From the NCBI GenBank assembly GCA_964016885.1, contig OZ024741.1:105524001-105588000 (forward strand): DNA of 64,000 bases. The letters are read 5' to 3'. Source of the DNA: Eledone cirrhosa (Eukaryota). Shown here in pieces: positions 56,513-64,000 of the stretch (position 1 is its first letter; every line of letters starts with the position of its first letter). The notes below the pieces were generated by a model. The model did no database searches. It worked only from the letters and a program-made list of their open reading frames with translations, and was not told the DNA's origin. A program made the translations under genes and the position numbers.

Positions 56513-57110
56513 TGTTGGTGCTACTGGTAACATGTATCCCAGTACAACCTGTCTCATGGTTGGGGTCGTTGGCGACTAAACTGGCAACCCCACCAAGGTT
56601 TCTTGGTGAGAAGGGTGACTTTGGACATCCTGCAGGACGAAAAACAAAACCTGTCAAAGGGCAAAGGAGCTCTTAAGAGTCAATGGCCATCCAAAATCAC
56701 TGGGAGAGATGACCCCTTAGCCTTTGTCAAGGCAGAATTCTAGGAGAAGGAAAACTCTGATATAACACCTGCAACCCTGATGGTATCCAATGATGTTGAC
56801 TTGTTCCTCTTTTTGGTAAATATCATCTTGGTTACGAGAGTGGGACTGGCTTTGTGCAGTGCCTTTGCTCACTATAAAAGCTTCACGGCACAGGCATTGC
56901 TTTAATCTGGAGATCTCTCTCCACTTGTCGTCACATGGTACCATGGGCCCAGCACAATGTGTCAATGATTGTCACAAGTGTAGTGTTTGTACCAGAGTTT
57001 TCAAGTCGCTGGCTGGACTAAAAAGTCACACTCGTTCAGCGCATCGGTAGGGGTTCTCCTACATTGATATAAAGTAGTGGCCGTACTCGAAAACGAGTTG
57101 GCAGCCACCA
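56513..57110 (+). mobile_element. Probable bipartite non-autonomous RTE derivative (5' UTR-like part joined to a C-terminal C2H2 remnant, (TATG)n tail)
   Basis: ggagaaggaaaactctga resembles RTE 5' UTRs (recall); CSVCTRVFKSLAGLKSHTRSAH* resembles RTE C-termini. Confidence 0.55.
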
Positions 57111-57295
57111 TATGTATGTATATATGTATGTATGTATATATATATATATGTATATATATATATACATATATATATACATACATATATACATACATACATA
57201 TATATATACATACATACATACATATATACATACATATATACATACATACATTCATATATACATACATACATACATACATACAATTATACATACAT

Positions 57296-57330
<35 letters not shown>

Positions 57331-57550
57331 TACATACATACATATATACATACATATATATATATACATACATATATATATACATACATATATATATATA
57401 TACATACATATATATATACATACATATATATATACATACATATATATATACATACATATATATATACATACATACATATATATATATATACATACATATG
57501 TACACCTCTATTCTTTTAACTATATATATATATATATATATACACATATA
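57111..57550. repeat. (TATG)/(TACA)/(TA) microsatellite
   Basis: Direct reading. Confidence 0.95.
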
Positions 57551-57568
57551 AGATATTTATAAGATAAG

Positions 57569-57708
57569 ATGGGTGGAGGTGGTGAGAGCGGACCTCAGAT
57601 CGCTGAAGCTCACGGTGGAGATGACAAAGGACCGTGACAAGTGGAGAGATGCTGTGCTGAATAGGACCCATCCCACCCTTGCAAGCAGGGAAAAACGGCC
57701 GGATGATG
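57569..57708 (+). mobile_element. Short 3' end of the young RTE family
   Basis: Reverse-complement homolog of 48470-48610. Confidence 0.85.
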
Positions 57709-58089
57709 TTTTTTTTTCTGTACAATAATACTCTACAGTATTTGCTGTAAATAATGTATATATATATATATATATATACTAGTGTATATATTACCTGTGT
57801 ATATGTACATCAAAGTTTCTTAGTGTGCATTATTTGCAGTAAATTGTATATCTATCAGCTTATATATATACTAGAGTATATATACCAGTGTATATGTATA
57901 TATACACTGGTATATATACCAGTTTATATATACATCAGTTTCCTATTGTGTATCAATATTCTGCAGTATCTAAATAAACAATGTTATGTGATTACACATT
58001 ACTGATGTTTGTTTAATAATCAGTTGCTATGACTACTGGATTTTCAAGTGGAACCATAACAACGATTATGTCTATAAATCCGGTTACTA

Positions 58090-58430
58090 AACATATAACC
58101 ACAACACATATACCACAGCACATACATCAAAATACATACTAAACACATCAGAGCACATACTCAACATATAAACCTGTATAGTGATACACCACATCCACCA
58201 CAATACACACTAAAGACATATACCACATCCACCACAACACATACTAAACACACACACCACAATACACACTAAAGACATATACCATATCCACCACAACACA
58301 TACTAAACAGATATACCACAACACGCACTAAAGACATATACCACATCCACCACAACACATACTAAACACATATACCACAACACACATACACTAAAGATAT
58401 ACACCATATCCACCACAAAACATACACCAG
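58090..58430. repeat. AC-rich minisatellite (cacaacacatactaaagacatatac)
   Basis: About 10 variant units. Confidence 0.8.
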
Positions 58431-59211
58431 ACAAAATCCTTCCAGCAAAAACATCTACAGATTAATCTTGATTTTTGAAAAAAACAACAACCCCAAAACG
58501 CATAAGCACACTGTGTGTCAGCTTGTGTGTGTGTGTGTGTGTGTGTGTACAAGTGTACATACATACACATACATCTTAACATTAGAAATACATGATTTAT
58601 AACAGCATTTTTATACAGTTAAAAGATCTCTTCTGTGAACATAAATGTTTGTTAAATACCGACAGACAAAGAAATTTTATTTGAAATATCTCTGTTGTCA
58701 GTTAATAAAGTCTTTTCAGTTGTTTTTGAAATAGTAGGAAATATAACCAAGTATCTAAAGTTGAACAGCGTTTTATAACTGTTTGACATTTCTTATATAT
58801 AAGTCTTCTTAGACAGGCTAAGAAGGTCCTCCATGCTTTTCATGTCACATGACTGGAATAAATCAAACAAAAAAAAAAAAAAGAAAAGAAAAGAAACTTG
58901 GCATTGAATAAACAATTTTTTTGCTCAATCCCATTGACTAAATCTTATATTTACACACACATACACTTGATATAGACAGCTTTCTAGAAACCTACTGCAA
59001 CTACATATTACCTTTCTCTGTTATTTCTATAAATTTGTCAGAACACTGGATAGACTCAAATGATTCTAGACAAAATACAGTTGGTTTGATTTGAACTAAA
59101 AAGGGTAAAAGTTAATTATATGAAGAGTTTAATCTACTGTTTAAATTTCATAGTTTACCACTGAAATGAAAGAAAATCTATTGAAATAACATATTCTAAC
59201 ATGAAGAATAG

Positions 59212-59443
59212 TAATTGTTTCTATATTTGGCACAAGACCAACAATTTGAAGGGAAGGGGAATGTTGATTAAATCCCCCCCCCCCCCCCCCCCAGTCACTT
59301 ACTGGTACTTTATTTTATCGATCCTATAAGGATGAAAGGTAAAGCTAACCATGAAAGGATTTGAGCTCAGAATATAAAAGGATGTAACTATATGCCGCAA
59401 AGCATGTTGTCTGACGCTCAACTGATACTGCCGATCTACCACC
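59212..59443 (-). mobile_element. Family-1 SINE (long variant)
   Basis: Same motifs as 42863. Confidence 0.85.
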
Positions 59444-59510
59444 CTATTATGGAAGAATAATAATACAAACAATATTAACAGAAATGCTTTTACTCAAAAC
59501 AGAAAGAACA

Positions 59511-59800
59511 TTAACCCTTTTGGTAGCATAATTCTAATAAAATACACCAGCTATGGTTTTCAAATAATTTTGAAAATAATTCAGAATTTAGAGGGATTTA
59601 GTCATATAACTAACTTACTCATTATCAAGTTAGTGTTTAGTGCATAGCTTTACAAAGGTTCTTATAAAGAATTATGATGGAAGGTTTTTAGATAAATATA
59701 ATCAATTTAATCTTTTCATTACAATATTTCTAATAAAAGATACTGTACATGATTTTCAAATAATTTTGAATATACTCAAAGATTTCGAAGGACTAATTTT
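59511..59800 (+). mobile_element. Two partial piggyBac-type MITE copies
   Basis: TTAAcccttt start; gattttcaaataattttgaa shared with 21721. Confidence 0.6.
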
Positions 59801-59814
59801 AAAATTTATTTAAC

Positions 59815-60397
59815 TGCTAAATCAAAACCATTCAATGTAGGAGTTGGAATCCACCAAGGGTGTGTACTGTCACATCTCCTGTTCATTACTGAATAAGATT
59901 GATATGTGCAGCCAGGTTGGAAGTGGTATGACGACTGGCAGGTGTAAAATCAGTAGGCTGATATTCACAGACGATATGGTGTTACTTAACTCAACAGAAG
60001 ATGATCTCCGACTTGCACTTGATAGGTTTGATGCCGAGTGTTGCAAGGCTGGAATGAAAATCAGTGCTGTGAAAACTGAGACACTTATCCTCTCAAATAA
60101 GCCTGTGCAGTGCACTCTACATGTGAATGGAGTTCCACTGAAGCAGGTGAAGAAGTTCAAGTATCTTGAGTGATGGAAGGCAGGAGGCCGAACTAAGTGC
60201 AAGAATTGCAGGAACTGGTGCAGTAATGCACCAGCTTCAGCATTGGGTAATCAGAAGAAAGGAGGTAGGTGTAAAATCCAAACTTGCTATCTTCAATTCG
60301 ATATTCGTGTCAACTCTTACCTATAGTCATGAATCTTGGGTGATGACCAAAAGAATATGATAGTAAATACAAGCAGCTGAAATGGGGTTCCTCCAGC
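59815..60397 (+). mobile_element. RTE fragment (family of 22284)
   Basis: LIFTDD, GMKIS, KQVKKFKYL, YSHESWV. Confidence 0.85.
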
Positions 60398-60866
60398 AAT
60401 CTTCTCCCTCCATCCAACACCCCCCCCCCCCCCCGGTATATATAAGCAGATACATAAAACAAAATTAACTGGTTACTAGAAATATCTGATAAGAAATTAA
60501 ATGCCCTCTATCTACTTGTTACTGGATTTTAATATCAATTGAGAGAATGAAACATACATCATTCTGATAAGATCAAGCTTAATTAGTAACAACTCTACTG
60601 AATTTTGTTTGAGAGTATTTAATATTCCACACTTGGTCATAACAGAGTTTAACACAAGTTATCAGCTTATAAATAATAGAAATAAATTATAAATCAACTA
60701 AAACTATAGTTGGATTGTTTTTATTCGCAACAGAAAAATCACCTTAATATTTATATAAACAATATTGCATAATATTCTTTTGTCACAGACATTACATATT
60801 TTGGTGAATAGAACATGGATTAATGGACTAGTGCCACCAATAATGACAGCAATAGTATTGAATGCA

Positions 60867-61210
60867 CAGTGGAACCTCAGTTCATGAATTTAATTCATTC
60901 CTGAAGGCTGTTTGTCACTCAAAATGTTCGTAAACCGAAACCATTTTTCTCATGTGAAATTTTGAGAGAGAAATACAGTAAGAGAAAGAGACTGTGTAAG
61001 AAAGACATCTAGATATCACCATAGTAACTAACTGCATAGCAAGTGATGCTTTATTGGTGACACGCCCAGCTTGTCGGCAACATTGTTATTGAGTTGTGTG
61101 TTTTTTACTGGAGACACCATTCATCACCTGAGATATTTTATGTTCAGAAAAAAATGTTCATGAACCAATTTGTTCATAATGAAAGACATTCGTGAACCGA
61201 GGTTCCACTG
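60867..61210. mobile_element. pogo/Tigger-type MITE
   Basis: 23-bp TIRs CAGTGGAACCTC(A/G)GTTCA(T/C)GAAT; TA on the right, CA on the left. Confidence 0.88.
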
Positions 61211-61774
61211 TATTTAATTTTTGGAGTCCAGGATTGGTATGTCATACATACCAGGACTAGTGGACAAGTGCCATCAATAATGATGACAATAACATTCAAT
61301 GTATTTAATATTTGGAGTCCAAGATTGGTATGTCATATATACCAGGATTACTGGCTATATGAACAATCATACACATTGGAAAATTTGAGTTTTGATAAAT
61401 TTATGGTTTACATAAGAGAAACCATATAATTTATGTCAATTACATGGAAGTGATTAAAGATAGGAATGATATTTTCATACTATATTTCAAGGATATATAA
61501 TTACATAAAAATTCAGCATATATGTACAAATGATATACAGGATTAAATCTATGAGTAATTTTGGAGAAATAACTATTTACATGAACAAATGTAGGTTTAC
61601 AATCTTGTAAATGAAAAGTGAACATTTTATGTGCGTGTAAATTGTAAAGAGATGCAGATCGATATATATAAATATAGAAATAAACATGGCATATCATAGT
61701 TGATTAAATTCATAGATATAAACAAATATACGAACACACAGGATGCATTATTATGGCTGAGACATATATATATA

Positions 61775-62394
61775 TGAGATGCATTCAAAAAGTATCCGAC
61801 TTTATTTTTTCCCGCCAAAACTAATGCAGTGTGGACAAAATCCTTTGGGTGGGAGGTCACACCACTCTTACTGCGCATGCATAAACATTTCCATGCTAGT
61901 AGGCTGCATCAGTTCCCAACAGTTATGCCTAGAGTATAGATATATAATGCACACTCATTGGATTTTCATTTTCATGCAAGATGATGAAATACATTGATCA
62001 GAGATATTGCATCAAGTTTTGCCAAAAGCTTGGTGATACTCAAGCTCAAACCAACCAGAAGATTCAGCCAGCCTTTGGCAATGATGCCATAGGTAAAAAT
62101 CAGATCAAGGAGTGGTACAACTGCTTCAAACATGGCTGCACCTTAGTAGAGAGCGAGGCACACCCAGGCAGGCCATCCCTGAAAGGGAAGCAATTTAAGT
62201 CACGAGAAGAAATTATGAGAAAAGTGATGGTGGACCTCCATAGCATTCCAGAGAAGGCATTCCAGAGGTGTTACTAGCAGTAGCAGAACCGCTGGGGGAA
62301 GTGTGTGGACTTCTAAAGAAAGTGTTTTGAAGGTGATTAAATAAAATTTGTGAAATGTACAAAATTGTTTTCTTTATGCCCAACGATCGGATAC
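61775..62394 (+). mobile_element. Internally deleted mariner
   Basis: QRYCIKFC...IKEWYNCFKHG...PGRPS fused to LKGKQF...IPEKAFQRC; degenerate TIR tatccga/tcggata. Confidence 0.85.
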
Positions 62395-62879
62395 ACACAG
62401 AATCTATAATTATAGTTGGTGATTTTAAAGCGTTACCTACCTATATATATATATACATACAGACACAAACACATGCAGCATATTGTTATAGTTGATATTA
62501 ACATTTTCAGAGGCATATGATTATCAAAGTGGCTATGAAAAGCATATAAGTATCCAACTAAAATGGCATCTGACTTAAAATATCCAAGTAAGAATCCATA
62601 GACCTATCCAACCACACTATACCAATAAACTATAGATTTTGTATCTGTACCAACCTACCGCACTATACCAATAAACTATAGATTTTGTAGCTGAATCCCA
62701 ACAATGGAAATTCAATCCGTGTTCAAACAATTTTGAATAGGAGACATATAGAGTCATACACAAACAGTCACAGAAAGTCACACATACATACATGTACATA
62801 TACCATGCCACACATTTTCCCAAGCCAGACTACAACACTATACTGACAACTTTGGCTCTATAGCTTCTGACTTCCGCAA

Positions 62880-63100
62880 TACAAAACAAATAACAACAAC
62901 AAAAGTAACAACAATAATAATAACAACAAAAACAACAATAAAAACAATAGTAACAAAAGTACTAACAACAAAAACAACAATAATAATAACAACAATAGTA
63001 ACAAAAGTACTAACAACAAAAACAACAATAATAATAACAATAGTAACAAAAGTACTAACAACAAAAACAATAATAATAGTAACAATAATAATAATGACAA
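62880..63100. repeat. (AAC/AAT)n tract with higher-order unit
   Basis: Direct reading. Confidence 0.9.
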
Positions 63101-63264
63101 TACACATAAAAGAAATCATAAAGCGCTCATTGGAGCTTAAAAATATAAGGCATATAAAATATAAGGTATATAAAATATTAAGACAAAAACATAACTACAC
63201 TTTGCTTCATCCCCTACCACACTACTAGCATTACCAATAATCATAACAGTATGAATCACAATAA

Positions 63265-63479
63265 TAATAATTGTTTCTACATTTGGCACAAGGCCAGCAA
63301 TTTAAAGGGAAAGGGAAAATTGATTAAATAGACCCCAATGGTGCTTTATTTTATCGACCTCATAAGGATGAAAGGCAAAGCTAACTTCAGCAGGATTTGA
63401 ATTCAGAATGTGAAGGGACTAACTACATGCTGCAAAGCATGTTGTCCAACACTCTACCGAAACTGTCAATCTACCACCC
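63265..63479 (-). mobile_element. Family-1 SINE (long variant)
   Basis: Same motifs as 59212. Confidence 0.85.
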
Positions 63480-63496
63480 TAATAATAGTAATAATA

Positions 63497-64000
63497 ATTG
63501 ATGACATCGGAATGGAGTTTGGGCTTGATAAGTGTGCCAAGGCCACTTTCAAGAAAGGGAAGTTGATAAACTCAAATTCAGTCAAATTAGATGTTGAAAC
63601 AATTATGATAGACATTGAGCAGGAACAAACCTATAAATACCTAGGTATAAATGAAGGCTTCGACATTCAGCATGCAAGCATGAAAGAGAAGATAAGGAAG
63701 GAATGTTATAGGAGAATATGAGCAGTTCAGAAATCTGAATATCATATAACAAAGTGTTTGCTATAAATTCATTAGCAGTTCCAGTTGTTAATTATAGCTT
63801 CAATGTGTTGAACTGGAATATCAGTGAAATAAAGAGAATTGACACAAAAATTCCTATTTTGCTAACTTATAATAATATGTACCACCCAAAGGTAGATGTG
63901 GATCATCTTTACCTTCTCAGAATTCAAGGAGGCAGAGGTTTGACCCTGTTTGAACTTTTTACAAAACCACCACAATTGGACTGGCCAAATAAATTGAAAC
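63497..64000 (+). mobile_element. 5'-truncated, decayed R4/Dong-like LINE RT fragment
   Basis: DDIGMEFGLDKCAK, YKYLGI, AINSLAVPVVNYSF, HPKVDVDHLYL, GGRGL; starts in (TAA)n. Confidence 0.7.

Noticed and set aside
58570-59070. Possible 5' UTR exons with AG/GT bounds (also 42308-42341)
   Set aside because: Splice-like strings are common by chance and there is no independent support.

Overview
Eukaryotic, AT-rich, repeat-dense genomic DNA, probably octopus/coleoid (inferred from the SINE/RTE content and huge (TA)n tracts). The one host gene I can support is a minus-strand TspanC8 tetraspanin most like TSPAN15: seven phase-0 coding exons at 31469..15302; the ATG exon was not found. The rest is transposon-derived: a 5'-truncated CR1-type LINE, many RTE copies (one young copy has a PHD-type finger inside its RT, and most sit in (TA)n), a Dong/R4-like fragment in (TAA)n, a Gypsy remnant nested in an RTE, two tRNA-derived SINE families, mariner/pogo/hAT/piggyBac MITEs, a Helitron and minisatellites. 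The most interesting signal is a set of type I hammerhead ribozyme motifs read by hand: two with canonical cores (31723..31801, 34311..34375), two with a U3:A8 covariant core (3957..4001, 39307..39351) and several decayed ones. They lie in Penelope-pLTR/retrozyme-like segments, several next to (TA)n or with fold-back structure. All pairings and alignments were done by eye; no searches were run.
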